From assembly GCA_963674785.1 (NCBI GenBank), contig OY771555.1, positions 352,001 to 416,000 on the forward strand: DNA of 64,000 nucleotides. The letters run 5' to 3'. The stretch comes from Caldisericia bacterium (GTDB taxonomy: Bacteria > Caldisericota > Caldisericia > JAAYUI01). The translations under genes and the position numbers were made by a program. Below are positions 48,588 to 57,304 of the stretch, piece by piece; the first letter of the stretch is position 1; every line of letters begins with the position of its first letter. The notes beneath the pieces are model-generated. The model ran no database searches. It saw only the letters and a list, made by a program, of their open reading frames with translations, and was not told the origin of the DNA.

Positions 48588-49133
48588 ATGAACTTTGATG
48601 TCAAAAATGAAAAGCAGATTGATTTTTTGAAAGATGCAAAAACCGCTGTTGATTACACGATGTATCATATCGCAAAAAAGCATTTCTTCACACACGAATG
48701 TGAATTGATTGAGCATGTTATCCATCGAATGGCTCATCATTCATTCCTCATCCGCGGGTGGGCGGTAACAATCATTGTTGGCGCTCTTCTCATGAGCATG
48801 CAGTCATACAAGATTTTTGTGGCATTCCTTCCACTGATTGCCTTCTGGTATCTTGATGCGTATTTCCTACGCCAGGAAAGGCTCTACAGAAAACTTTATG
48901 ATTGGGTTGTTGCAAACAGACTCAAGTCAGATGAGTTCATAATGGATTTGAATGCCTACCGCTTCAAAGACCAAGTTGATTCTAGTTTCAAAATAATGTT
49001 TTCACACACCCTGCTTTGGTTTTATGGGTCAATTGCATTCATTATTATTGCTTATTTCTTTATATTGTTATTGACAGGCGATGGTGGGGCAGCCAGCTCT
49101 GGTGGGGCGCACTTGCCAATTGGAGGACATTAG
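48588..49133 (+). CDS. 3-TM hypothetical membrane protein
   Basis: 'RMAHHSFLIRGWAVT...FWYLDAYFLRQERLYRKLYD' signature; AGGAG SD. Confidence 0.75.
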   Translation: MNFDVKNEKQIDFLKDAKTAVDYTMYHIAKKHFFTHECELIEHVIHRMAHHSFLIRGWAVTIIVGALLMSMQSYKIFVAFLPLIAFWYLDAYFLRQERLYRKLYDWVVANRLKSDEFIMDLNAYRFKDQVDSSFKIMFSHTLLWFYGSIAFIIIAYFFILLLTGDGGAASSGGAHLPIGGH

Positions 49134-49225
49134 TATTAATCTGGTTTTTACAAAATAAAGGCATGTTCCTCCTTGCGTCAATAATATTGACTCTTAAAGT
49201 TGAGATTAGCAAAGGGGGTACGCAT

Positions 49226-50521
49226 ATGAGAAGTATAAAAACCTTGAAGGTTTTAGTAATAATTCTTGTTCTTCTATCTTACTCAGTTTTTCTTGGTGAG
49301 AAATCCATAGTCGCAGATGAAACCGACTATCTTTGGCAACACGATTTTGGGGAATCAGATGTCAGATTTCTTTCACAAGATGAGAACCACTTATTATTCC
49401 TCAACCGTGAAAACAATAATTATTCATTAGTTACAATCGATATTGTGGATGGTTCTATCGAAGATAGTACTGTACTTGAGTTAGATGGGAGCAATAGTAA
49501 AACATATCCGTTTGTTTTTGATAAACACGTAGTTTTCACCCATGATCAAGATCAAAAGATCAGTACTTTTGACAAAGAAACTGGTGAAAAGATATCTACC
49601 TTGAACATTCTCGATGCTCCAGAAATACCAAAATCATCCTGGATCATTAGCGTGGATGATTTGAAGGAAAACCTATTGGTTGCCATTATTGAAACCAGCG
49701 ATCAAGAATTCAAAATCTGTGTTTTTGATATCCAAACATCAAAGGTAAGATTTGTCAAAGATTCATCTGTTGTTTCCTGTTGTTTCATAAAGAATGGCAA
49801 AATTTTTGCTTTTACAACCAAGGGGTTGATTGTTTATAGAACAGATGGCCAAGAAATCTCCAGAATTGAACATGTAGTGAAATTCCCATCAAACATTTTA
49901 CCCGAGTTTTTTGCTGTCAAAGGAGATTCGATTCTATGGGTTGATGATAACTGGGATATAAATTTCTATGTTGTAGACACAAAAACAAATGAAGTGACCA
50001 CAAACAAGATGTTATGTGAATGCGATTGTGAATGTGGATTTGCGAAGTATGGTTTCAATAGCTTTTACAACGTCATAATCTATGGCGATAAAGATGATTT
50101 AGATATTCAACATATCATAATTCTGTCCAATGATGGTGGTGTTTTAAATAATCTCGATTACAACTCGGCAGATAGCGTTTGGATACATGGAATTGTTGGA
50201 AACAAACTAATACTCTCTGACAATCAAAAGCTATTTTCACTCGATTTCACAAATGGTCAAACAGAACCCATCGAATATGATGGCGTAATTGAGCATTTTG
50301 ATCCAGCAAATAGGATATTGATAAATATCAGTAAAGAAGGATTGATTACTGCCCACAAACTAAACATTGATATTGTCCAGCTAGCATCAGTGATCAAACA
50401 ATATATAGTGACGCATACAGGATTCCAAATAGAGTATTTGTATGTGAGATTGAATGAGTTGGGTATAACAAGGTGGATAATTTTAACGTTGGGCGATAAA
50501 ACATTACATGGGAGGTCATAA
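49226..50521 (+). CDS. Secreted beta-propeller-like protein with a decayed stalk remnant
   Basis: GGGGG SD then [10 protein letters not shown] signal peptide; 'FDKETGE' blades; tail GFQIE...WIILT. Confidence 0.7.
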   Translation: MRSIKTLKVLVIILVLLSYSVFLGEKSIVADETDYLWQHDFGESDVRFLSQDENHLLFLNRENNNYSLVTIDIVDGSIEDSTVLELDGSNSKTYPFVFDKHVVFTHDQDQKISTFDKETGEKISTLNILDAPEIPKSSWIISVDDLKENLLVAIIETSDQEFKICVFDIQTSKVRFVKDSSVVSCCFIKNGKIFAFTTKGLIVYRTDGQEISRIEHVVKFPSNILPEFFAVKGDSILWVDDNWDINFYVVDTKTNEVTTNKMLCECDCECGFAKYGFNSFYNVIIYGDKDDLDIQHIIILSNDGGVLNNLDYNSADSVWIHGIVGNKLILSDNQKLFSLDFTNGQTEPIEYDGVIEHFDPANRILINISKEGLITAHKLNIDIVQLASVIKQYIVTHTGFQIEYLYVRLNELGITRWIILTLGDKTLHGRS

Positions 50522-50525
50522 TAAC

Positions 50526-52508
50526 ATGCCGGTGATAATTAATCAAAAGATAGTAAGAAAGATTATTATTATGATAGTCTTATTGATATTAATAATCTCC
50601 CCACAGACAGGAGACGGTTACACTAAGGTTTTGGGGCAACTGAAAAAATGGGAAGAACTTCAAGAAAAGCATTTTCCAAATGTTACTTATTATCAGACCA
50701 AAGATGAATCATATGTTCTTGACTGGAAACCGAAACCTTTTTTAGGGAGTGGGATTCTTGAAAGAAAATGGTCACTCGATCTTGATGACGGTTTTGAGAA
50801 TATGTGGAATTTTAGGGACACGTATTCAGGATGGTTATACATAAGAAAAGAGAGTGGATCAGAACTTGAAGAAGGAGATTTTCTGAATTACCTTATTAAT
50901 CCTGCAGATGGAACATTTGAACTTCTTAGTGAAAAGAGTTTTCTTTTTGGGTATACAAATGAAGAACCAAATCTTTGTTCCCCGATTCTCACACATAACA
51001 ATAAAGCAATAAACATCAAACTATTCGGGAAGGGCTTTGAAGGTGGAGAGATTTGGGAGATAAATGATAGTTCAAAACCAGCAATTGCGATTGGATACCA
51101 TCTCCCCCTCTTTAAGTCTGACAACTTTTTCTTTTATGTTTACAGTGGTCTCACAACATTTGATATAAAAACGGGAAAGATAAAATCAAGTCTGAGATAT
51201 ATACCCAACAAAGACATATGGTACGATGAGATCACATATGTATACACAATCGGAGATACTGTTTGGATCAAAACAGAAGAAGGATCGTTCAATATTGATC
51301 TGAAAACACTTGAAGTTTCTGAAAATAGCTTTCATGATGATGGAATGTTCGTTTATGATGAAAACAATCTGCTTGTTCAAAACGGAAGAAATATCTTTAT
51401 GTATGACTATGAAACTCTCAAGTTTAAAAAGAGAATACAACTCAAAGATATGCTCTGTGAATACTATGAGGGCAGTAATTGTACAGGAAAAACACACTAC
51501 TTGATTCATAAACCAATTGGTAACTATACTCCAATAACTCTCTATCACTGCAACATTAACAGACTTCCAAAAAATGGTAATGGTAATGACAAGTTCACAT
51601 ATTATGTGGGATGGGGTCAAGGACATCATAATATATTCCCGAATTACAACTACGTCACCCAACATTTTTTATGGGATAGGGAAAATCCCAACACCCTAAT
51701 AGAAATCCAAAAGGATTCAAAATATTCTTATCTTCAGGTTATAAATGATCACCTTTTAGTTCACACTACTGGTAGCATTATATGTTATGACCCGATAACA
51801 CTTGATAGAAACTGGACGATCGATAAGAGTAACTTCCAAAACCCTGAGGAGTCAACTATTTATGCAATAGACGAATCAGGAGTCTTGATCAGGGATTTTG
51901 AAAAGAAAGAATTTCTTCGAGAAAAATATACTCAGTCAAAAGCATTTTTCTATTGTTATGATATTCTGCCTGAGCCTGAGCCTGTTCCGGAACCTGAACC
52001 AACTCCAGAACCCGAGCCAATCCCAGAGCCTGTACCGGAACCTGTACCGGAACCTGAACCCGAACCAGAACCCACCCCGGAACCTGAGCCAGCACCGGAA
52101 CCTGTTATCCCTGATCCAATAACACTTGAATTCCAGATAGACAGAGAATCATACATCATTGATGGTAGCGAAAGGATTATCGATGCTGCACCAGTAATCC
52201 AAAATGGTCGCACCCTCCTCCCCGCAAGGTTTGTAACAGAACCACTTGGAGGAGATGTTGGCTGGGAAGCCACAGAAAAGAAAGTAGTCTGCACACTTGG
52301 TGAAACTACAGTTGAAATGTGGATAGGGAAACCAATCGCCAAGATAAATGGACAAGAAGTTCAGATAGACCCAGATAACCCAGATGTTGTACCAACAATT
52401 ATCAATGATAGAACAATGGTTCCAATGAGATTCCTGGCAGAGAGTCTTGGTTGTGAGGTTGAGTGGGTGGCAGATACTAAGGAGATAATACTAACATATA
52501 CCCCATAA
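50526..52508 (+). CDS. Secreted protein + PE linker + stalk domain
   Basis: GGAGG SD before ATG 50526; (PE)n linker; stalk ending EIILTYTP. Confidence 0.85.
   Translation: MPVIINQKIVRKIIIMIVLLILIISPQTGDGYTKVLGQLKKWEELQEKHFPNVTYYQTKDESYVLDWKPKPFLGSGILERKWSLDLDDGFENMWNFRDTYSGWLYIRKESGSELEEGDFLNYLINPADGTFELLSEKSFLFGYTNEEPNLCSPILTHNNKAINIKLFGKGFEGGEIWEINDSSKPAIAIGYHLPLFKSDNFFFYVYSGLTTFDIKTGKIKSSLRYIPNKDIWYDEITYVYTIGDTVWIKTEEGSFNIDLKTLEVSENSFHDDGMFVYDENNLLVQNGRNIFMYDYETLKFKKRIQLKDMLCEYYEGSNCTGKTHYLIHKPIGNYTPITLYHCNINRLPKNGNGNDKFTYYVGWGQGHHNIFPNYNYVTQHFLWDRENPNTLIEIQKDSKYSYLQVINDHLLVHTTGSIICYDPITLDRNWTIDKSNFQNPEESTIYAIDESGVLIRDFEKKEFLREKYTQSKAFFYCYDILPEPEPVPEPEPTPEPEPIPEPVPEPVPEPEPEPEPTPEPEPAPEPVIPDPITLEFQIDRESYIIDGSERIIDAAPVIQNGRTLLPARFVTEPLGGDVGWEATEKKVVCTLGETTVEMWIGKPIAKINGQEVQIDPDNPDVVPTIINDRTMVPMRFLAESLGCEVEWVADTKEIILTYTP
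52004..52195 (+). repeat. 192-bp direct repeat, copy 2
   Basis: Near-identical to 44726..44917. Confidence 0.85.
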
Positions 52509-52682
52509 AAACAGACTCCATTTGAACTTACACTCTATCAATTTGGAACAAGCAAATTAGATATTTAGTTTCTTGAAAATATTTGTCTCACAATCCATTT
52601 GACGGAAGTATTCTTATCGAGAGATTCTAAAAATATCACCCACGCATTAGCAATTTTTTGATATATATGTTATTATTAACGT

Positions 52683-54581
52683 ATGTTAAGCAAAAACTAT
52701 AAACTAACCTGGGAGATTTTGGTTTTATTTTTGATTTGTACAATATTTTCTTCCGTCCTATTGGGGTGTGGACAAACAATCTCAAGCGAAGCAAAATACG
52801 AGGAGACCCAACCACAAAACTCTGATTTGCTTTTACCAAATAATGCTCAACCTCAAGAAAAAGAAGGAAAGAACGACACAGAGGGATTTTTGAAACAACA
52901 TATTATAAGGTTTGAACTAAACCTCGAGAACACGAAAAACAAAGTTTTTTGTGAAAAGGGATTCACGCAATTAACAATCTCAAGCGAAGAAAAAAACGTT
53001 TCTTCGGTTTTTCTGGGAAAATACCGATCTCCGCTATTGCCACATGTAATTTCCAAAATCGATCTTGATGAACTCGGGATACCAGGTAATAAAAAAATAG
53101 AACGTATTGATATAAACGAGGAAAATTCAAATATAATCACAAAAGCCTTTTCTCCAGAGTTTGCAAACATTCAGCTTGGATATTTAAAATACCATATCAG
53201 CAACAGCGAAAATGAATACTACATCGAAGAGAGGCTCGAACCCGAGATTTTTCCATATCTTTGTGATGACAACTTGAAGTATTATGTTGAGGATATAAGT
53301 GGCGAGAGAAAAGCAACGGTTGATTTAAACCCAATAAAAAGGATTTTTCGAATCGGAAGGCTTTGGTTTATCTCGTACTACACAGGGCAGGTATGTTTCG
53401 ACATCAAAACATCAAAAGAAGACAAGGCTCTGGATGACGAATATGATCTCTTGATTATCGCAGATGAGAGATACATCGGAAAACCTCGAAACAGCAAGAA
53501 GCTTATGAATCTTTCAGATTATGCTAATTGGAAGGAACAAAGCTTTGGGACAAAAACAAAGGTCGTATCCCTACAAGAAATCTTTGGAACAAGATACCTG
53601 AAACCGATTGACAAAACCCATGAAATAAAAAAATTTATAATGGATGAACATAAAAAAAGCGGATGCAAATATGTTTTTTTGGTTGGCAACTTTGAGGAAA
53701 TCCCAGGTGAGATTGTCGAGATAGAAAATTTCTCAGCAGTTTCAAAGGTACCTTCCGACTTCATTTTTTGCGATGTCGATATTTCAAATTCTGAATATGT
53801 TGGAGAAATGAGAGTTGGAAGACTTCCAGTGATGAGCATTGAGGAACTTCAAAAGTATCTGCAGAGTGTAAAAGATTACTGCGAAAATGATAATGATGAC
53901 AAATACTATAATCGATACCTTTTTGCAATGGGAGTTGCAAATGAGATGGTAAGATGCCACCTTCACTCAAGGGATATGGTCGAAGAAATAAAAAAAGGGG
54001 TAGTATCTGAGGCTGGCTCAGAACTTGATATTGATTTCTATCATATTGACAGCAGTGACCAAATAAAATCAGTTCTTATTGAAGATATAAATAAGTTCCT
54101 TTCCGAGGTGAAACCGACATTCTTTGACATACTTGACCACGGCACAGTTTACGATATTGCTGGAAATCTTGGATACGAATTTGATGCAAAGGTTCCATGG
54201 ATGCTTTATTCTGTCGCATGTGATAGCTTTGACTTCACAAACATCTACAGCGACAAGAAGAACTTCTACCAAAACCTGCTTTTCTCTGATGACTCAAAGT
54301 GTTTTGCATTCATAGGCAACACCGACAAGAGTGTCACATTCCCCTGCAAAGACACCCTGACAGATAGCTTTTCATTTGGTTGCTCACACGAATTCCATAC
54401 TGAGTTCATAAGCCAAATCATAAGGAAAATTCCAGAATCCGAAAGAACGATAGGGAACCTTTTTCTCCTATCAAAAAATAATAGGTTCTATCTTGGTTCA
54501 GGAAGAGAAGATTTTGAAATCTCATTTCACAGCTTGAATCTCTGCGGAGATCCATCAATTGTTCTGAAACGATCAAAATAG
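52683..54581 (+). CDS. Peptidase C25 (gingipain-like) lipoprotein
   Basis: Lipobox LLGC; KYVFLVG, PSDF, VGRLP, DHG (His), VAC (Cys) and LCGDP motifs. Confidence 0.8.
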   Translation: MLSKNYKLTWEILVLFLICTIFSSVLLGCGQTISSEAKYEETQPQNSDLLLPNNAQPQEKEGKNDTEGFLKQHIIRFELNLENTKNKVFCEKGFTQLTISSEEKNVSSVFLGKYRSPLLPHVISKIDLDELGIPGNKKIERIDINEENSNIITKAFSPEFANIQLGYLKYHISNSENEYYIEERLEPEIFPYLCDDNLKYYVEDISGERKATVDLNPIKRIFRIGRLWFISYYTGQVCFDIKTSKEDKALDDEYDLLIIADERYIGKPRNSKKLMNLSDYANWKEQSFGTKTKVVSLQEIFGTRYLKPIDKTHEIKKFIMDEHKKSGCKYVFLVGNFEEIPGEIVEIENFSAVSKVPSDFIFCDVDISNSEYVGEMRVGRLPVMSIEELQKYLQSVKDYCENDNDDKYYNRYLFAMGVANEMVRCHLHSRDMVEEIKKGVVSEAGSELDIDFYHIDSSDQIKSVLIEDINKFLSEVKPTFFDILDHGTVYDIAGNLGYEFDAKVPWMLYSVACDSFDFTNIYSDKKNFYQNLLFSDDSKCFAFIGNTDKSVTFPCKDTLTDSFSFGCSHEFHTEFISQIIRKIPESERTIGNLFLLSKNNRFYLGSGREDFEISFHSLNLCGDPSIVLKRSK

Positions 54582-54702
54582 ACTCATTATAATTAAGAAA
54601 TTCTTGGATATTTTTATGAGATATTCCTAATTTACTTACTGTATTTTATTTTAGCTTGCAAAAATTTAGAAATATGTTATCCTTTGACAAAGGAGAGTGC
54701 AT

Positions 54703-55113
54703 ATGAAGAAAAGGATTTCATGTAACTTCAAGTTCAATTTAGAGGCTAAATATCTTCTAATAAGATTCAGCGGATCCATTATCTATCCAACAGATATGGA
54801 AATATGTGCACTCAAAGCATTCAAAAACATCAAAGAATCTGCAAGGATTGCAGGTTCAAAAATATGGCTGATCATCGACTTTTCTTTTCTAGACCTCGAT
54901 AATTTTGTTTTCATAAAAGAGATAGATAATCGAATCAGAAACATGCTCTCAGAAAACGTCGAAGATTGGGTTGCAATTTCAAGAAGCTTGAAACAAAGGA
55001 TGAAGTTAAGCTTGTTATCAACTTTTTACAGAAAAAAAATCACATTCTACAGCTCATTTTTGGCTGCAGAAAATGCAATTGTGGACATCCAGGCAAAAAG
55101 AATGTTTGTGTAA
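54703..55113 (+). CDS. Hypothetical protein, possibly STAS/SpoIIAA-like
   Basis: AGGAG SD; 'IRFSG..LIIDFS..FYSSFLAAE' pattern; fold call is tentative. Confidence 0.55.
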   Translation: MKKRISCNFKFNLEAKYLLIRFSGSIIYPTDMEICALKAFKNIKESARIAGSKIWLIIDFSFLDLDNFVFIKEIDNRIRNMLSENVEDWVAISRSLKQRMKLSLLSTFYRKKITFYSSFLAAENAIVDIQAKRMFV

Positions 55114-55122
55114 AAAAGAATT

Positions 55123-55151
55123 TGCTCCCCACATCAAAACTGTGGGGAGCA
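55123..55151. terminator. Hairpin terminator between convergent genes
   Basis: TGCTCCCCACA-7-TGTGGGGAGCA. Confidence 0.7.
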
Positions 55152-55161
55152 TATAACAAAC

Positions 55162-55527
55162 CTACTTTGCATCACAATCCCACTTGAAGATACCAACCAA
55201 ATTATCCTCGGTATCCTTGAAATATGCTGAGTACCCGATTCCAGGGATTGGCATGATCTCAGAAACCATAGTCCCTCCGGCTTCCTTGATTTTTTCAATC
55301 GACTCTTCCATGTTGGCAACCGAAATAACAACATTGTTTGCCATTCCAGGCTCACGCCTCATAATAGCACCATCTATCCCAGGTTCTTCCTTTTCTCCGG
55401 TTGTGCAAAGCCAATAGTCAGCCTCACCACCCCATTTTCCGATTTCCCAGCCAAAGACTGTTTCATAGAATTTCACAGCTCTTTCGGGATCATCTGCGGT
55501 AAGCTCAAAATGATTTACTTTTGCCAT
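55162..55527 (-). CDS. VOC/glyoxalase family protein
   Basis: HFEL..DDPERAVKFYETVFGW...IPGIG..AYFKDTEDN; AGGAG SD. Confidence 0.9.
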   Translation of the reverse strand: MAKVNHFELTADDPERAVKFYETVFGWEIGKWGGEADYWLCTTGEKEEPGIDGAIMRREPGMANNVVISVANMEESIEKIKEAGGTMVSEIMPIPGIGYSAYFKDTEDNLVGIFKWDCDAK

Positions 55528-55532
55528 ATCAA

Positions 55533-55901
55533 TTATTCTCCTTTTTTCAAACTCTTTTTCATAAACCAAGTTATTAAAAACAATACACCGAGGATTAGAA
55601 ATATTGTGATAATCCAACCAGAAAAGAATTTTCCTGAGGATATCATGTTTGTGATAACGAAAATAAGATAGCCTGATAGAACAACAATTCCTGCAAGAAG
55701 CTCATGAAACCAAAAGACAACAAGCCCCATAATCATCATACCCATCCCAACAAACATTACGATCTCACTTACTGTCAGACCAACTGGCCACCCCTCAACC
55801 TCAAAGGCTCCTACAAAAAACAGGCACATAAAAATAAACATTATGGCTGCAAGAACTCTCAGTATCCACTTTATCAAATTTACAATCAATCTCTTGTCCA
55901 C
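55533..55901 (-). CDS. 4-TM hypothetical membrane protein
   Basis: Four hydrophobic segments; GGGG SD before GTG. Confidence 0.75.
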   Translation of the reverse strand: MDKRLIVNLIKWILRVLAAIMFIFMCLFFVGAFEVEGWPVGLTVSEIVMFVGMGMMIMGLVVFWFHELLAGIVVLSGYLIFVITNMISSGKFFSGWIITIFLILGVLFLITWFMKKSLKKGE

Positions 55902-56006
55902 TTTATACCCCCGTACGTATCACCGATTCTAGCTGCAATATTAATATAAGTCAATTTGAATGATTCCTTTATTTCAAAACTTACAAATGAGTATAAAGTA
56001 GCAGAT

Positions 56007-57266
56007 GTGAAGGGGATAGGATATTTTATAGTAGCCTGGGGAGTGATTCTCCTTTTTGGATGCAATTCACCGTTTGTTTCGGTCGATCTATGTATTGAAA
56101 CTGTTCCCCCGGGGGCATCAATAATTGTTGAAGGGAAAACGCTTGGGAAAACTCCCAAAACAATCGATGTGAGATCAAACGATTCTGTCACTGTTTCTTT
56201 ATCAGGATACAAGGTCGAAACAATAAGCCCAAAAGAAACATCAGCTCCGAGAACATACAAGTTCATTGAGCTGAAGAAATTACACAAAATTTATCTTGAC
56301 TACAAACCGAGAGGTTCGAAGGTCTACAATTCTGACGACTCATTCCTCGGAACAACACCATGTGAGGTTGAAATGACTCGAGGGGAAAAAACCGTCTCTG
56401 TAAAATTCCCATATCATGAGGATTACATCGATTCATTCGTTGTCACAGGTTCGGGTATGAGAACTGAGGAGCTTGTTCCAACAGTTAAGTATTTCCCAGA
56501 GACATACTGTAATATAACAACAACTCCAGAGGGTGCTTCCGTAAAATCACTGGTTGCATGCGGAGAAAAACTGTTGGGTGAATTTGATGAATGGGGTTTG
56601 ACACCAGTTAAAGGAACTAACTCTGACGTGATGGAAGCAAAATGTGACAGAGTATTTTTCATAAGTCACGAATCAAAATATCCAGCGGTATTGAGATTCA
56701 GAGGAAGCATCAATACAAACTTAGAACTGGCAGACAAAAAAAACATCAATATCCCAGATTTACCAGACAAGACACCACAGAATCTTGAGTTTAAAAGAGG
56801 AATATTTGAAGATGGAAACCAACCCTTCAAAGCTGTTTTTGAAGGCAATTTCTTCAAAATTATCTCAACAAAGTACTTTGTTCCTGTTGAGATAATCGAC
56901 CTTAGAACTGATAAATCAGATATTTCTGGTGCAAGTTGGTTTGATGAGAGATTCTTTATTGTCAGATTTAAAAGTGGCGAAGGTGACACAAAATACTTGA
57001 TTTACGATTCAAAAGAAAGAAGAAGAGTCTCTTTTGACAATTTTGGTCTCTATCATGAAAGGAACATCCCAGGAATCATAAGATGGAAAGAACAGATTCC
57101 TACAAGTCCAACAAGAGTAAATGAGTTTTTTGACATAAGATATTCAGAAAATAATGATGGTTTGTTTTTCTTCCTGAAACTCTATTCAGGAGCTGGTTGC
57201 TGGCTTGTAATAAAGACCGATTTTGAGATAAGCAGTTCACAACTTGTTGATATTTTGTTCCAGTAG
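56007..57266 (+). CDS. PEGA-domain lipoprotein
   Basis: Lipobox LFGC; 'TVPPGASI..LGKTP', 'LGTTP' and 'TPEGASV..GLTP' repeats; GTG 56007 preferred as start. Confidence 0.8.
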   Translation: MKGIGYFIVAWGVILLFGCNSPFVSVDLCIETVPPGASIIVEGKTLGKTPKTIDVRSNDSVTVSLSGYKVETISPKETSAPRTYKFIELKKLHKIYLDYKPRGSKVYNSDDSFLGTTPCEVEMTRGEKTVSVKFPYHEDYIDSFVVTGSGMRTEELVPTVKYFPETYCNITTTPEGASVKSLVACGEKLLGEFDEWGLTPVKGTNSDVMEAKCDRVFFISHESKYPAVLRFRGSINTNLELADKKNINIPDLPDKTPQNLEFKRGIFEDGNQPFKAVFEGNFFKIISTKYFVPVEIIDLRTDKSDISGASWFDERFFIVRFKSGEGDTKYLIYDSKERRRVSFDNFGLYHERNIPGIIRWKEQIPTSPTRVNEFFDIRYSENNDGLFFFLKLYSGAGCWLVIKTDFEISSSQLVDILFQ

Positions 57267-57270
57267 GCTA

Positions 57271-57298
57271 TTGCACCACTTGACTAGGATGCTATACT
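57271..57298 (+). promoter_or_regulatory. Sigma70 promoter with extended -10, probably driving a leaderless mRNA
   Basis: TTGCAC-16-(TG.)TATACT, 6 nt before GTG 57305, no SD. Confidence 0.6.
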
Positions 57299-57304
57299 CA
57301 TTGC

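Noticed and set aside
44726-52195. DGR template/variable repeat pair
   Set aside because: Mismatches are C/G, T/C and A/G rather than adenine-specific; both copies are coding; no reverse transcriptase in the window
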